Below the pieces are notes generated by a model. It was not told the origin of the DNA, ran no database searches, and worked only from the letters and a program-made list of their open reading frames with translations. A stretch of 57,663 bases of DNA, the filler included, from Sphacelaria rigidula (Eukaryota): the NCBI GenBank assembly GCA_964200075.2. It is 7 parts of 7 records of this genome, joined end to end, with 100 filler letters (N's around TTAATTAATTAA, not from the genome) between each part and the next. Parts side by side here need not be neighbours in the genome. Positions count along the whole stretch, not along the records: positions 24,758 to 32,909 come from CAXNAA020012110.1; positions 33,010 to 41,161 come from CAXNAA020012111.1; 5 more parts are not named here. One strand, written 5' to 3'. This document shows, in pieces, positions 24,758 through 39,026 of the stretch. Position 1 is the first letter of the stretch. Each line of letters opens with the position of its first letter. A program made the translations under genes and the position numbers.

Positions 24758-24977
24758 CAGCGCAAATATTTTCGCCGCAGGAGAAAAATAAATGTGCGAC
24801 ATGATCTCACCCACCAAACGCGAAAAAAAAAAAAACTCGTCAGGTCGCTTCTTATGGCAAAGCGAGAAAAAACAAACTGAAAAGAAAAAAGTATTTTGAT
24901 CCTTCTGCGTCGTTGTACATCCTAGAAGAGGGCTATGATGCGCGGATTCTGACACCTTGGAATGACTTGCTCTACTC

Positions 24978-25313
24978 CTTGCAGTAGAGTTGACCGGGGT
25001 CGGGTCACAAATGTCCATCGTTGACACATTACTTGATTCGAGTGTGTACAACGAGAATCGGATCTTTCGTGGGGCTGACAGTCCCGTGTGCTCCTCGCGT
25101 GCGCAGAACGCGTTTTCTTCGAAATATTGTAGGCGCCACAGGAGCCGATTCGGGGTCTACCAAGGCCGCACTTTGCTTAGGGAAGGCTATGTACCGCCCT
25201 TGCCCGAGGGATCTCGGTGTGCGCTGGGTTGGGGTTAGGGTTTTAGGGGTAGCGATAATTGTAAAATGTGTCAACCATGAACATTTGTAGCTCGACGCCG
25301 GTTAATTGGCCTC
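24978..25313. mobile_element. MITE nested in a diverged copy (about 24885-25590) of the contig-2 foldback family
   Basis: inverted GTTGACCGGGGTCGGGTCACAAATGTCCATCGTTGACACATT / AATGTGTCAACCATGAACATTTGTAGCTCGACGCCGGTTAA; flanking ACTC duplication; host sequence CTCTACTC|GTTGAGACGG resumes after it. Confidence 0.65.
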
Positions 25314-27448
25314 ACTCGTTGAGACGGTTCCAAGACTCCATTGCGTTTTCCGGTGAACGCAGGGTTTTTTTTTTGAGGGGGGGGGGAAGGTCAAACTTGC
25401 ATTTTTGTCTGAGGACGGTCAAAAGCGGTCAAATTCAGAGACAGCTGCCAGTTCTCTCTGGACAAGACCGTCCTTGGACAAAAACGCAAGATAAGAAAAA
25501 AACAACTGTGGCCACCGGAAAATGCGAAGGTGTCCTGGAACCGCCTGAACGAGTAAAGCAGTTCATTTCAGCGTGTCTGGATCCGCCTATATGATATCCA
25601 TTTTTCAGGGTGAAAGTTGATGCCGAATGACCATGCCTTTGTTTTCCATAAGAAGCGGCCTGACGCCGAGCGACTTTTTTGGTGACAGGGTTGGGCGCGA
25701 AATACGAGCAGAGTAATCTGTATCGTCATGAACAGCACTAAATGGCGATGCAAGCCAAGTATGTTGCTCAACAAGTGTTTTTTTCAAGTAATTTTTGCGG
25801 TAAAAACGGTGCTCCGGGGGTCCCTGGCGGAGAGGGCATTTTTGCCGGACATGCCTGTGGGCGTGATGTGCGGCAACCGGCCACCAACCTGGTTCCGTAC
25901 ATACGGCCTGCGGCGGCCTATCAGAAGCCTGACCCCGACTTATACGATGCTACTGTTCGAGCACTGACTGTCATGGCACAGACAAGCGAAACAAAAAAAT
26001 AATGTTTTCATCCTTTACCGTTGGGCTCACCAGTCATCTTAATGACGGTTGACATTCGTGACTCCAATCCAAGTATCTCAGCGTCACACGCCCAAACTTA
26101 CTAGACCCGAATCATACAAAAAATTGAGGGAAATGACAACAAGACACTCCCGTCTTTGACCCGGTGTTGAGCACCGCCCAACGTTTTTCCCCATAAAAAT
26201 AAATACGTCACAAGATAGACGCAATCAAGGTGACGACGATGGTTGTGCGTTCCTATCGTCGGGTTATCGTCAAGGGCTGGGCCTGGAAGGAGATGAACGT
26301 GTCGTACGGTGGACTATAGCTACTACCCAAGGGGTTGCCGCCGCGCCCAGGTGGTCTAAATTTAAATAGTATGCCTGACACCGTTAGGGTGAAAAGAAGG
26401 CAGGTTCAAGTCCCGTCAGATGCGCCTTGCGTTCTTTAAAAGTATCTCATTTTCCGTCGTCTGAGGCCGTTTCTTTACGGTTCGTATTCTCACAAGATGA
26501 GCCTTTTGGCTCGCATGTTCTCGTATTCTTCATTCGACACGCGGCGAGACTAGCAACGCCCGCGAGCGCTGAATGACTTGTGCCCTTCCTCGTCATCACC
26601 GGGGCTCTCCTGACAACAATGTCGAAGATCCCCAGCGCCGTTTCCACACTAGACCAGACTTTGCTTCGCCATCCCGGCGCACGCGAGATGTCAGGGGTTG
26701 ATGATCTACTGGCATTGACCGTGCTCTCGAAAACCTGCAGCGCAGACAGTACACTACTGTCGTGATCACAAAAAAATAACAACACCACAAGCCAGTTGTG
26801 GTTCTGACAGCACTGCGTCTGTGTTGCCTCATGCAGTGAGTTGTAGGTGCCAGTTTGCACACAACAGTAATACAGCAGCTGTAGTAAAAATGATGCGGAC
26901 AATGTGAGAGATGTGGACAGCGTGCAAGACAGACAACAGTAGGCAATACTGTACTGTCCGTACTGACGCATTCAACAGTAGGATGCAGATGCCCGGTTGC
27001 ACCCGACGGCTGCTAAATACGGTCTGGACAACATGCCGTGCAGACAGTTTAAGGCCTGTACGGCAGTATAGGATGAATGTCAGTTTTGCACACAGTACAG
27101 TACTAGCTGGGCCAGCAGTCATCGATCGGGGGACGTCTGTGTTTCACGTCTTCTTACACCAACACAGGAAGCTTGGCGCGGGGAAATCTTGAAATCTTCG
27201 TACCCCGCCTTGGCGTGCACACCCCTGTGAATCTCGCTGATCATACTTTTGGTACCTGCCCGCTCTTCTGGTGTCCCCGCCCCCCGCTCGAACCCCCCGA
27301 AAAGTATACCACGTATGTGGAACTGTAAGAAGAGGTCAACATTTCTGGTTATATTTTTCCAGCGGTATTTTTTATTGGATTTTTCATCAACCACGATGGG
27401 AAAATACGAATCGTAAGGCTACTTCTCATGTATCAAAAAATAAAAATT

Positions 27449-27765
27449 GTTGAAAAGCGTATTTTTGGTCCTTCTCCGTCGTTTTTCCCCCGAAAAGAGG
27501 GCTCCGCGGATGTTGACACCTTGGAATGCCTTGCTCTATTCGCTGATACCGTTCCAGAGGACCTTTGCGTGTTCCGATTTAACTTGACCGTTCGTTGTTG
27601 AAAATGCATTTTTGGCCGAGAACAAAACTGCGACCTACGGAACACGCAAAGGTGCTCTGGAACGGTATCAGCGAATAGAGCAAGGCATTCCAAGGTGTCA
27701 ACATCCGCCGAACCCTCTTTTCGGGGGGAAAACGACGGAGAAGGACCAAAAATACGCTTTTCATC
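27449..27765. mobile_element. foldback MITE related to the 8591-10433 family
   Basis: near-perfect ~125-bp inverted arms sharing GAAAAGAGGGC..GGATGTTGACACCTTGGAAT..TTGCTCTA. Confidence 0.85.
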
Positions 27766-28085
27766 ATTTTTTTTTTTTTTAAATACATAAGAAGTAGTCT
27801 AAGACGGTCCGCAAACGTGACAATATGGGTTAGCAAAAAAAATTACACAGTGTGACTGTTTGACCGCAATCGACACGGTGCGGGAGTAAATGCTGGTCAT
27901 GATTCAATCAATCCGCGAGACCAAAATACAAAGCGTGTCCTGTACCGGGGCAGACATGGGTTGATTGATCCCTTGAGACTGGTGAACCATGGACTCGTTC
28001 CGACGAAGAGAAAGATGTTGAAAGTGTGACTCAAGAAGGAAAAGCGGTGAGAGCGCGTCTTCTGACCATCAAAGAAGCGATCTAA

Positions 28086-28465
28086 GGCTGAATGTTGTGG
28101 CAAACAGATTTTAGGCCCACGAATTATTAATCTTTGGGACGTGTGATCCGCCTTTTGACCCCCAAGCCTAGAAAACCGCCAACACACGACTCGGATACTT
28201 TGCATCACCCCACAGAGCCCCAAACTGGCGGGGGCCGGCAAGCACAGATTTTTGTCCACAAATTATTGTTCAGCAGCCAATTTCGAAACCTCGGGGCCAA
28301 GCGAATCTGAAAAGCAGACTAGGCTCCTCCTCTCTGTGGGGTGATGCAAAGTGTCCGAGACGTGTGTTGGCGGTTTTTTAGGCTTGGGGGTCAAAAGGCG
28401 GGTCAAACGTCCCAAAGGTGAACAATCCGTGGGCCTAAAATCTGTTTTGCCATAACATCCGGGCC
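28086..28465. mobile_element. MITE with ~125-bp TIRs
   Basis: GGCAAACAGATTTTAGGCCCACG..TTTGCATCACCCCACAGAG mirrored by CTCTGTGGGGTGATGCAAAG..CGTGGGCCTAAAATCTGTTTTGCC. Confidence 0.8.
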
Positions 28466-30288
28466 AATAAAAGAGGATGATTTCTGCGAGGATTACGCCG
28501 CCTCGGTGCGGGTTCATCACCTCTGACTAGGTTCAGGATTGCGGTTTTTAGGGTCTCACAATTATGAGCTTATACGGATAGCCCGTACGTAAACACCGCC
28601 TCCGTCGCCAACAAACGCTCGCGAAGGCGATCACTGTGTTTCGGCCAGCTCGTTGAGGTGTTACGTAAATACGCCACAGGCAAGAGTTGGCGCAGTCAGA
28701 AATTACAGGCATGCGGTAGAAAGTACAACATACATTACTGTCCGTGGCTTGAGCATGTACATGGTGCAAGTGCTCATGTGCAATTTGTACTGCTTGTGTT
28801 CGCGGCGGATATAATACTGATACTGCACAGACCAGCAAAGGACGGCACAGACAACGGTACAGCAGTACAGTAGAGCAGGGCAGTCTGTTTCTCTATACGC
28901 GGGCACAGCAGTGTATGGCTTAGACGGGCCATTGACACCGAGCGACCTAGGCGCGGTATACTGGTCGTGACGTAGAGACATGGATGTTCAACCACATACT
29001 GTACTCTAAACAGCGGTAAGATGTGCGCGATACGATATGCGGTGGTCCCACCAGGACAACCGCCAGGATTTACTGAACGCGGGCGGGCAGCAGCCAACAA
29101 AGTGTCTACCGTATCACGGCGACCCAAGAAAAACGCATGTGTTCACTCACAAGCTAGCATATCAGAATACTACCCCTTGGTGCAATCACAACCACATCAA
29201 CTCGACTGCTGCTGTTGAGACCGTCCTCTTGGTGCACACGAATCCGTATACTGTCTGTGTGTGTAGTAGAGATCGAGTTCTACTGCACTGTGCTGCATGT
29301 GTAACCTCTAGTTTGCTACCACACATACGACTGTACGGCCTGCCTAGTATACACCACTGCCGGCGAAGTCGGTGAATGATTCTCGGGGTGAAATATGATG
29401 TTGCGTTCTCAGCCTCCCTTTAATTCTCCATCTCTCCCTACGTATCTCTCCGGTGCATACCTGTTGCCGTTGCCGTCCTTTGCCGTGTTCCTTTGTGCCG
29501 TGTTCAGACGACTCCCCCACAAATAAATTGTCATTATCTAATCGTGTGTAGCACAATCTACCAAACTTATTTATTCTCGATTATCTTTTCCCGGAGAGAG
29601 TGTTAGCTCGATAGCAACATATTTCTAGAATTTTTTCATCACGCTCAGCACTATCATAGGTGATTCTCGCATGATATAATATTCATACCGCACGCTTTTT
29701 CACCCTAGGACATTTTACGGTTTCATTGCGGGTCTGATATATATCCAAGTGGGTGATCCGTGCTGGGGCTCGGTAAAAACAAAAATCTTTTGCGGCCTAT
29801 GATGGGGGAGCCCCTTCAAAATTCGAACAAAATTCCTCTTGTCCTTCACAGTAATTGAATACAAATATCCATGAATTCTCATCATATCTTGATTGATTTT
29901 TCTCAAAAAATATTCAATAGGGCGGCACAAAAACGGGCAAGTTGGTTGGTTCAAGTTTTCTGCTATCTCAATGGAATATGACATTTTACGTTTTTACGCC
30001 AAGGAACATTGTCCTGGTTCTGTACTGCAGGCGGACATAAATATCTATCGCCTGTTTGTGCGCTGCGAAGGCGAAGTTGTTGAAAAACTCGTTGAAAGGA
30101 TAGCTACAGCGCATTCTCAGCTATATATCTAAATCTACGTGGTTCACTGCTTTGCAATTCATACAGGCTATAGATTCTATCCCGGGTCGATTATCAGGGA
30201 GGGTGGTAAATAAAGTGGCACTAAAGAGACTGTTCAGCCTCAACCCCAGGACCGAAGCAATCCGCACAGACGGAGCCCAACAGGTAGC

Positions 30289-30568
30289 ATGGCCATGTCC
30301 CGCGATGACATGGAGGCAGAAGCCGCAGCGAGGCTCCTGGAAACTACTGATGACGATGACATAGTGGATCAACAAGAAACGCAAGCGAATGACACACCCA
30401 GCGAAAAGACAATGGGCGGGACAATAGACGATGGGAGCAAGACCAGCGCGCGGGGGGCTGCTACTCATGCTGCTCCTGGTGCGACCGCTTCGGGAGCAGG
30501 ACGCGACGGTGGCTACGGATCTAAGGCTCCTTCTGCAGGGGGTACAGGAGGCGGCGGGAAAGACCCAG
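30289..30568 (+). CDS. probable first or early coding exon of an unknown protein (low-complexity acidic/Gly-Ala N-terminus)
   Basis: GC-rich open frame MAMSRDDMEAEAAARLLETTDDDD...GGGGKDP ending at a CAG|GTATGT donor; no downstream exon identified. Confidence 0.5.
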
Positions 30569-32909
30569 GTATGTGTTGTTGAGCTAAACGGGTCAAGAGT
30601 GGCGAAGTATAACACGCCCTCTCCACGAAACGGTGTCGTAATTCTGGAATGAGAACACCCAGGTCCCTACGGACAGCAGTATAGTTAATGTGGTGAGTGG
30701 GTTCGGAGGGGAAGCCTTTAGCCTTCGTCATCCCATTGTTTTTAGGTATACATGTCGTGCCGATAGAATATTTTTCGGGTTTTGCATACCCCTGGCCCGG
30801 GAAAGAGTACCGGCGGTGTAGTAAACCTTGTGTTCATATGTCAAGGGAGAGGGTGTTATATACCGTAAGGCGTAACGGTGCTCACCCCTCGAGCACCCCT
30901 TTAGATGGACTCAGGTAGACCACTGGTACTACGTGAAGAACAGCTGCTGCTTTGGTTGAACAGCACACATGGGTAAGGGGTTAGGGTTCAACGGATCATA
31001 CGGTGTGTCATCATTGGGGATGGTGCTCGCAAATGGAAAGCAACAAACCGCTCAGCTACAACAGCACAGTTTTGATATGAGCGCGAGAGCCGGTTATTGA
31101 CTGCAAACTCCCATCAATAGGAAATACATCAGTGATGGCATGAGTTTTGAATTAAGGTAACTGCGCAGACCAGAAATTATACCAAACGATTTTCATATCC
31201 GCTCGAAACTTGATGAAGCACGACTTCCAGGTTATTCGTATTGTCATCAGCATGCGTTGTCTTTGAAAAAATGCATGCAGTCGAAAAACTAAAAAATCGA
31301 AATCGAGAACACGAGCGGTGCGGTGATTGGCCCGCTGCCCCGAACCGTGGTCAGACTGCCTTCAATTTTCCGATCACTTACGAAGATCCCAATACCCTCC
31401 ACTAACCTGAACTCTAGAAGTTTGACGCTTGAGTCGTGTGGTCCTTGGATATCTGAGTCACACCCTCTGCCACTGCCTTCTTCTGTGCAGTATTGGTCTT
31501 GTACGGTCTCTGGACATGAAGCCCTGCGACACGCTTGCCGGGCGTTTTTTTTTCTCCGTTTGTTGTCGACTGTATGTTTTCTTTATATTCCTCGTGTTTC
31601 CCCTTTCTCGAGTTTCGTTTACCCTTTCAGCGCCTGGCATCGTTTCAGTACAATATTTTCGGCTGACAGTTCCACGGAAGAAGTGTACATCATGTTGTTG
31701 AGACACTGTGCAGTGTTGTCTGTACCGGATGTGGACGACTGCGTACAGCACAGTACAGTAATGGTCCGCCATTACTCTCCTTCCTTTCAGGTTAAACAGC
31801 ACTGTCATTGAGTACTCAAGCGAAAGCCCGCGCTGGGCATATGTGACGTTTGGTGAACGATAAGAACATTTTCCTTGATATGGCCTTTGCCGCCCTTCAA
31901 ATAGCAAGATTTCGACATGTAATTACCTGGGCTCTCGTATATTTGCATATCATACACTTCTCCTCAATGGCACCGTCTCAATTGGCGTCAACATGGCGTT
32001 TTCAATGTGGGCAAAGCTAACGTTTTTCAGGCGTCCATCGATGGTCCACCTGAGTGATCCGGCGGCGAAAGGGTTCAATGAGATTTTTTCCCGACTTTTC
32101 ATCCTGGGAAGACCTTTCTTGTGAAGACGGCTGGATTGGTGGTGGACGGATTGGTTAACGTAGTATACGACGGCCAATCAAATCGATCAGATTCTACCGA
32201 AAACGTCTGAGAAGCTATACATGGTCGTCAGTGCGGGGCGGATAGAAGGTTTCAAGATGCAAACATGTGCCCCCCCCTCCCTCTCTCTTCCTCTCTCTCT
32301 CTTTATATCTCTCTCTGGGGAACCACTACTGTAGCCAATGTGATTCGGCCGAGCCAGGTGGCTATGTAGGTCCGTATTGAAAGTCCTATAGTTGGGGTTC
32401 AGAGTGAAGGTTCAGAGAGGTTCCAAAAACAGAGTTCGATGGAGATAATATTTGCGCAAGGCCACGAACCCCCCCCTGAACCCTCCCTTCTCATCTGGTA
32501 CGCTACCCTACTAGGCCAAGGCGAATCCCCAGTGTCCAGGAGTAGTGTTGAGACAACCATTGTAGACCAAGTGTGGTGACCGACAAAAGAGGGCTGAAAG
32601 GGACATTTAAGAGAGATGATTAGATGGAAACCACCATACACTCTTGAGGTACGCCAACGACATATCGTCTTGAAGAGGTCGCACCACTATCCATCTGCTG
32701 GTGTCAGATAGTACCAAACAGTTTTTGTGTAATGTATGGAAGAAACGTACTGACCGCCCAGATGTTGGAGGTGTCTATATTGAGAGTAGGAACGGTGTTC
32801 CGTCTTGAAAGGGATGCGTGGATCAAACGACTAAGGCAAGCAACAAATAAGTACCCCCCCCCCCCCCCCCCCCCTTCCCGCCGCTGCCGGAGCCGCCCCC
32901 CCGCCCCCC

Positions 32910-33009
32910 NNNNNNNNNNNNNNNNNNNNNNNNNNNNNNNNNNNNNNNNNNNNTTAATTAATTAANNNNNNNNNNNNNNNNNNNNNNNNNNNNNNNNNNN
33001 NNNNNNNNN
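32910..33009. other. artificial contig-joining linker
   Basis: same 100-bp spacer. Confidence 0.98.
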
Positions 33010-34218
33010 AATCGGCATCAAATCCAAGTGAAAAAAAGTATGCATGATCCAGAAAGACTAATCTTGCGGTCTAAGACTTCATTGTGGTTACCGCCAAAAA
33101 AACGCAAGCGCGCGAAAAACAATCTGTAAGCTGGTTGCCTGGCTTATACACAGTGAGTAGCGCGTATTACAGCGTCGTTTCCAACCGCATGGGGGGTCCG
33201 TCCCTGCGAAGCCGGGATGGAGCACGCCGGATTTTCGCCGGTTCAGGCTGAGCGTCGTCTCGGGGAGGGGCCTAGCCCGTCTTTCCCACCCGCCATGCTC
33301 CTGGGTTTCGTAAACGAACCCTAACGCCAACTTGCCAGCTGTCCGCAACTATGCATTAAAATGAAACCCCCTGCTGTTGGGATCTAGGCAAATTCGATTT
33401 TTTGCGTTTTTGTCATATCCCGTGAACAGTGTGCAATTGCATTATGTTTTTTGGCAATTGGGCGTTTCCGAATCTGTATAATATGGTTGTAGAGGGCAAC
33501 AGAGTAGTGCATATGCTTTATAGTAGTGCCCAAGACGTGCAGTGGAGATAGTTTGCGTGGTCGTACGTAAAGACGGCTTTCAAATTCCAGCAAAACTCGA
33601 ATGTGTGAAAGCAGAAACCCCAAGTCGATATAAGAAGAGCTCAGGTATGCTGAAGGTCACTCTGATATGTGAAGAACTACGTGACATCTCGATGACTTGT
33701 AGAGCAATAATCTGTGTAGCGACGTGTTCACTATATTGGACCTTGAGATGAAGGATGGCGCTGATCTGCAGAGCAGAGCAACTTGATATATATCATCGCA
33801 TGTGGTCCAAGCGGGTTCTTCCTTGCGTACGTGGCCGACGCCCTGGTGGAAGAATGTGGCTTGTATGTTGTTGCGTTGTATCCAGTGGACTACCACGTAT
33901 GCATGCATACGGAACTGGCGATTTTCGACTCTCCTCGTGAATCAGCGCTGATGCTCATCGTCAATGATTCGTGAGTCACATATAGTGCGGTATGCCATAT
34001 TGTTGAGCGAAATTACTTTTTTGTGCTGTAGTACTTCGCACAATGCAGTGTACTGTTCTGGCCGCGTACTGTGCAGCATAGGGATCCACATCCTGTTTCG
34101 CGCAAGCCCTTCCGCGGCTGTTTCGTCGACGAAACCCAACATGTCCAGTTATAAAAGCATGGGCACTCACACCTTGTTCGCACCAGCTCCTTCATAGCCT
34201 TTTCGTTGACGATATAAG

Positions 34219-34577
34219 CCGGTCGCCCCGGTTGCTCAGTCGGTAACCTCGAAACCTTCTGACGTTGGGTCGTGGGTTCGAATCTCGGAGCAATCTGGGA
34301 TACTTTCTTACACCATGCCCAACAGTGGAGAGCGACTATGTCGTGGGTACACAATATTTGACTTAATGGTCGACGAGGGAAAGGGTCTACTGAACCCCTC
34401 TCGCGATAAGAAATTAAGGTAAGCACCGCAGAAGGAAGGTGGAGAACTAAAACAAACAACAACAAAAACAAAACTCCCGTGTTGGCCTTCCTGTGTGACC
34501 CCGGCTGGTGCGCTCACACATACCGAAAGGTGTACACCGACGCCCAGAATAGATGGGACGACAATAACACACACACA
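34219..34577 (+). mobile_element. tRNA-derived SINE, copy 1
   Basis: A box TTGCTCAGTCGG, B box GGTTCGAATCT, ~350-bp body shared with 54203-54547, AC-rich tail. Confidence 0.85.
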
Positions 34578-35860
34578 TATATGTCAACGTTCAGCTACAC
34601 AATACGTGGAACAGGCCGGCAGAGTTTACACGAGTTGGTCGCAAAAATTCAATGCAACAGTACAGTAAACATATGGTTTTCGAAATATCATACTCGAATC
34701 GTTTGGGGCTGGTAGTCCCAGGTGCTCGCCAGCGTGCGCAGCACGCGTTTTCGCGCAAATCAGCACATACGATATAGGCGCCGATTTGAGCTCCGCCAAA
34801 ATCATGTTTTGTATGGGGCGCCCTGTGTACACCCGTTGCTCGAGGGTGCTCCGCACGTGCTGAGCTAGAGTTAGGGTCGATGCTAGGGCCGGAGTTCGGG
34901 TTAAACCAATAGCATGTGTCAACCATGAAATTGCGCACAATGCAGCATATGTATCAACCATGGAGTTTGGGGACCAACTCGCAGACGCGTACTGCAGGCG
35001 GACTGTACATGAATCGTTTCGAGCCAGACCTGCACATCATTGGAATATAGGGCTATCAACAGCATGATGTGTGTACCTCATTTGATGAAAGACGCTGAGC
35101 ATGCGTCGGAGTACGCCGAGAGCAATGCGAAACTGGCAGTAAGCTCCGTTCTCCCAGCCAGGCCTTGCAATCGGGCGGGTGAAGCTCAGCTTGATGCATG
35201 AGGCAGCAACACACTATTTTGCCGCCAAGCATTATTCCTCCGCAGATGCGTCACACCTGGTCACGCACATAATTGTAAATGCTTCTGCAACGGGTTTGCC
35301 ACCAAAATCGAACCGAGGAGCCCCTACCGCCGGTCCTGTGATTCATTTCAAACCACATGGATCGTCGCGGTGACTGGTGCTGGTGTCCCAATGCCTAAGT
35401 CCGTGCACTATTACGTTCGTGCTGCAGTTGCCTAAAACGACCATAGACATACCCAACCGTCTGCTCTTTTGCTGACTCTTTTTCTTGCGCGCTGTCCACG
35501 AACGGACTTGGGATATCTTCAGCTCGAGCTTCAGTCAGTGAGGCAGGCCCCACAAGTTTGTCGGGTCTTGTTGAAGTCTCAAGGGACCTCGCGGTAATTT
35601 ATTGTGCTCGATGCGTGTTCGGCACATGATATCATGATAACTAGTGTGGTTTATTATTTACACGAGTACCTTGACGAGAGGTGCCACAACAGGATGAGAC
35701 ACCTACCGTCGGGCTGAATAGGTACGGTTTTCACTTGTGGTTGGGCTGTTCGGCATGTGCATGGGAGGAATAGGAGAGACAACATCACCGGCCTCACGAG
35801 AAATAGCTGTTCCGTAGAGACGGTGATGATGAACGTTGGCGTGTCGACTCGTTGAGGTTG

Positions 35861-36160
35861 TATCTTGAACCTGTCTTGAAGGTATGTTGCCATGAAGTCT
35901 CTTGCGGGAAATCACGAACTGGACGGAATTGTCCATGGACCCGCAGAATAAGGGGGCAAAATGCCGAACGACAGACATTCACAACAGCGTTTGTGGCCGA
36001 ACGTATCTTGAACTTGTCTTGAAAGTATGCTGTCGTGAAGTATCTTGAGGAAAGTCGCAATCTCGACGGAATTGTCGATGGACCCGCAGATTTTTCCCCT
36101 TAGAGTAGGCGGCAAAATGCTGAACGACTGGCGTTCACAGTAGCGTTTGCGGCCGAACGC
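35861..36160. repeat. ~143-bp tandem duplication
   Basis: TATCTTGAACyTGTCTTGAA..GACGGAATTGTCsATGGACCCGCAGA..GGCCGAACG twice. Confidence 0.85.
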
Positions 36161-36639
36161 TGAATCGCTTGTTGGCCACAAGTCATTTCAGAGGACGGTG
36201 TACGACTGGGTACCACAACACATCGAACCGTCGAGACTCCGCTGAAAATTTCGCGATCCTGTAAATATCTCGAATCATTTCCGCCTAAACTTGCCTCCTC
36301 TGCGCGTGTTCGTCGCCCCTCTTCCCCCCCTTGACACAACTACGCAGCACCAGCAGTCCACCCCGACACAGCAAACTATTGCCATAGAGGTAAGTCTCGG
36401 GCGAGAAGCAGTTGCGATGATGTTTGTAGAAGCAATCAGGGGCCGGGCCAAGGTGTATACGCATACTTTTTTTGCACGGTTTCAACTTCCACAGTTCCAG
36501 AGGAGGCTATCGACATCGTATACGCAGTGCTCGGATGTATCCCAGTTGCACAAAAAACATGCCTGGTGTTTCAAGCACCGGGAAGGAAAGAGAAGGTGTC
36601 ACCAGAAGCCTACTTCTCCGACTATAGGGGCGGGGGGGA

Positions 36640-37850
36640 AGAGTAACTCATGTGGGGGGGGGGGGAGGGGGGGGGCGGGGAGTAGGGGTTCATGGATGCG
36701 TTTAACGACATCATCATATACTCGTTTTTTCGTCTCGGGTGAGGTGAAAACGTTGTGAAGCTGCGTCAATGCATGTGCATGTTGATAACACGAGAGTTCG
36801 AAGGGAGTTTGGTGCTTGCAACGATACCTTTTGAGCGAGTCTTTCGTTCCAACAATGTTGTAGAAACACACCCTACCCAATCGAAGGATATCTCAAATGG
36901 TCATTCATAATTGGTAGTCGTCAAGTAGATTCGCCCTCGTTCCGGTCCTCGAGTCTAATGGAAGCCATTCTCCACATGGAGCCAGGCACGCTGCCCCGAC
37001 GGCAAAAATTTTACAGTGCGCGCGAAGCGAGGTCACGGTTCCGGTAGCTCTTCCTCCCAGCCAATATCACTCGATAGCTGACTTGTTGACTGCTTTCAAG
37101 TGATGGGCAATGTTTTTTTGGGTGATATTCGACTATCATTGCGGATGAAGACTTATTAGCCCCGGAGATCCCTGTTCACGAGTCGTTCAACCCTTAGTCA
37201 GCAAAGTACCTACGCCAGCCCGTTTTTCACCCTTGCACCACTGGGTTGGTCATGTCATCTGCGTAGTCTGTACATTTGTTTGGATGAAGATGATGCTATC
37301 TCAACGAATGATCATTAATGACGGTCGAAGGATCAACGACGCGAGGTTTTCCCATTCAATATATGAACTGCTGAAACTTGGCAACCGACAGATGGGAACC
37401 TACACATCCTAGTTTCGTACAAAGTTGGAGACATTCCTTCGTCAAGAACAATCTTTGTTGATCGAAAAGTCAAATGTCTGACTCATAAACAAAGGGTCAT
37501 GCATGATGTGTGGTCCGTGCTGTCACATAATTCACGCCGGAGATCTGCCTGGTCTCCTGCACGTAAACGTCTCTATTATTTTGCGTTCTCTACTTGGTCG
37601 GCAGGTCACACATCTGGCCGCCAGTGCAGGTGACCCGGATGTTGCACTCTTTCTTGAGGCGACAGTGATGCCGATTCAGCGGATGAAAAGAGATATCTCA
37701 CACTCGGGGTTTACGTTGCATTTGCCGATAAATTACTGCTCAATGAACCTGTACCCTCGAATTTGAGATAAGTCTAACGAGATCAAACGCCCTTTTCACA
37801 AGCAACATAGCCTTCAAGTTTCTGGATTATAGATTCGCTTCGAATTCAGA
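36640..37850 (-). pseudogene. heavily decayed ORF, possibly a DNA transposase
   Basis: coding-like fragments such as GYVACEKG..KFEGTGSLSSNL (faintly BED-finger-like) and CYQHAHALTQL; many stops. Confidence 0.22.
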
Positions 37851-38101
37851 TCTATCTGGAGAAAAACGTTCATTGTTTGCGAAAGGGAGACCGCGAAATA
37901 TCCTTTTTGCGTTTTTCATCGCGGAATGCAAGACATAAAGTACCATGTGACTGTGTAACCTAAAAAATGTCGGGTTGGGATGGGTTGGGTTGGGCAAGCA
38001 TGTGTATGGCGTAGTTGATTGCCATTGACAAAATAATTGGGGGGGTTTGGTTGGGATAGGTTCATGGTCACTTTTGTATTTTCTTGGCCACAGGGAGATG
38101 G

Positions 38102-38312
38102 TGTAATGCGTGAGAGGACCGCGTGCCTAGAGGACCGCGCCGTAGCTCAAAATACCTCAGGATCGACGTTTTTCACAACCAATCGGATCAGTCCCTGCAG
38201 GTACCACGCCCCTGATCCTAACCCCAACACTAACCCTGACCCTAACCCTAACTGCAGGGATGTTCAAACTCCGATGCGGTCCTCTAGGGACGCGGTCCTC
38301 TCACGCATTACA
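38102..38312. mobile_element. TGTAA..TTACA MITE with internal CCCTAA-type repeats, copy A
   Basis: ~37-bp TIR TGTAATGCGTGAGAGGACCGCGTGCCTAGAGGACCGC; flanks GATGG/GATGA. Confidence 0.9.
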
Positions 38313-38406
38313 GATGATATCCTTAGTTCATGAGCCGCATTTTTGACCTCTTTGATCAGTAAGTGAAACCAGACGTTGACTTTTTGATTAGCAAGTATAC
38401 TCAGTG

Positions 38407-39026
38407 AACACGGGATTTCACAAATTGGGGATGGATCTTTTATTAGGGATGAGAACCCGGAGAATTGAAATCTTCGTATCCACACCAAATCTTCGAAGTA
38501 TGCTTCCATTTCTTCACTTGCTGGCAGCTACTGACAACTATTACACACAAATGTCGGGTTCTAAGGTGAAAAAACAATTTTGGCGTCCGATCGGACACTT
38601 GAAATCCTCAAAAAATGGTTTTTCACCCAGGATCCCGACACTTCGGTCATTCGAAACCCAAATTTGTATGGTGTGTAATAGTTGTCGGTAGCTGCCAGCA
38701 AGTGAAGAAATGGAAGCATACTTCGAAGATTTGGTGTGGATACGGAGATTTAAATTCTCCGGTTTTCATCCCCTGTAATGCGTGAGAGGACCGCGTGCTT
38801 AGAGGACCGCGCCGTAGTTCAAAATACCCTAAGATCGACGTTTTTCAAAACCAATCTAGTCAGTTCCTGCAGGTACCACGCCCCTGACCCTAACCCCAAC
38901 ACTAACCATAACCCTAACCCTAACCGTAAGGGTGTTCAAATTCTGATGCGGTTCTCTAAGCACGCGGTCCTCTCACGCATTACACCCCAATAAAAGACCC
39001 ATCCCCAATTTGTAAAACCCCGTGTT
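38407..39026. mobile_element. AACACGG-terminated MITE, copy 2, interrupted by a TGTAA MITE
   Basis: homologous to 17275-17701; 4-bp TSD AGTG (38403-38406, 39027-39030). Confidence 0.9.
38774..38984. mobile_element. TGTAA..TTACA MITE, copy B (nested)
   Basis: same TIRs; CCCC duplicated at both junctions inside the host MITE right arm. Confidence 0.9.

Noticed and set aside
26447..27325. Possible two-exon minus-strand gene
   Set aside because: Splice-like signals exist, but no recognisable domain or convincing consistent frame.
34219..34290. tRNA gene (also about 54203-54275 and 26340-26420)
   Set aside because: A/B boxes are present but I could not fold a full cloverleaf; the first two continue into a shared SINE body and the third is too degenerate to call.
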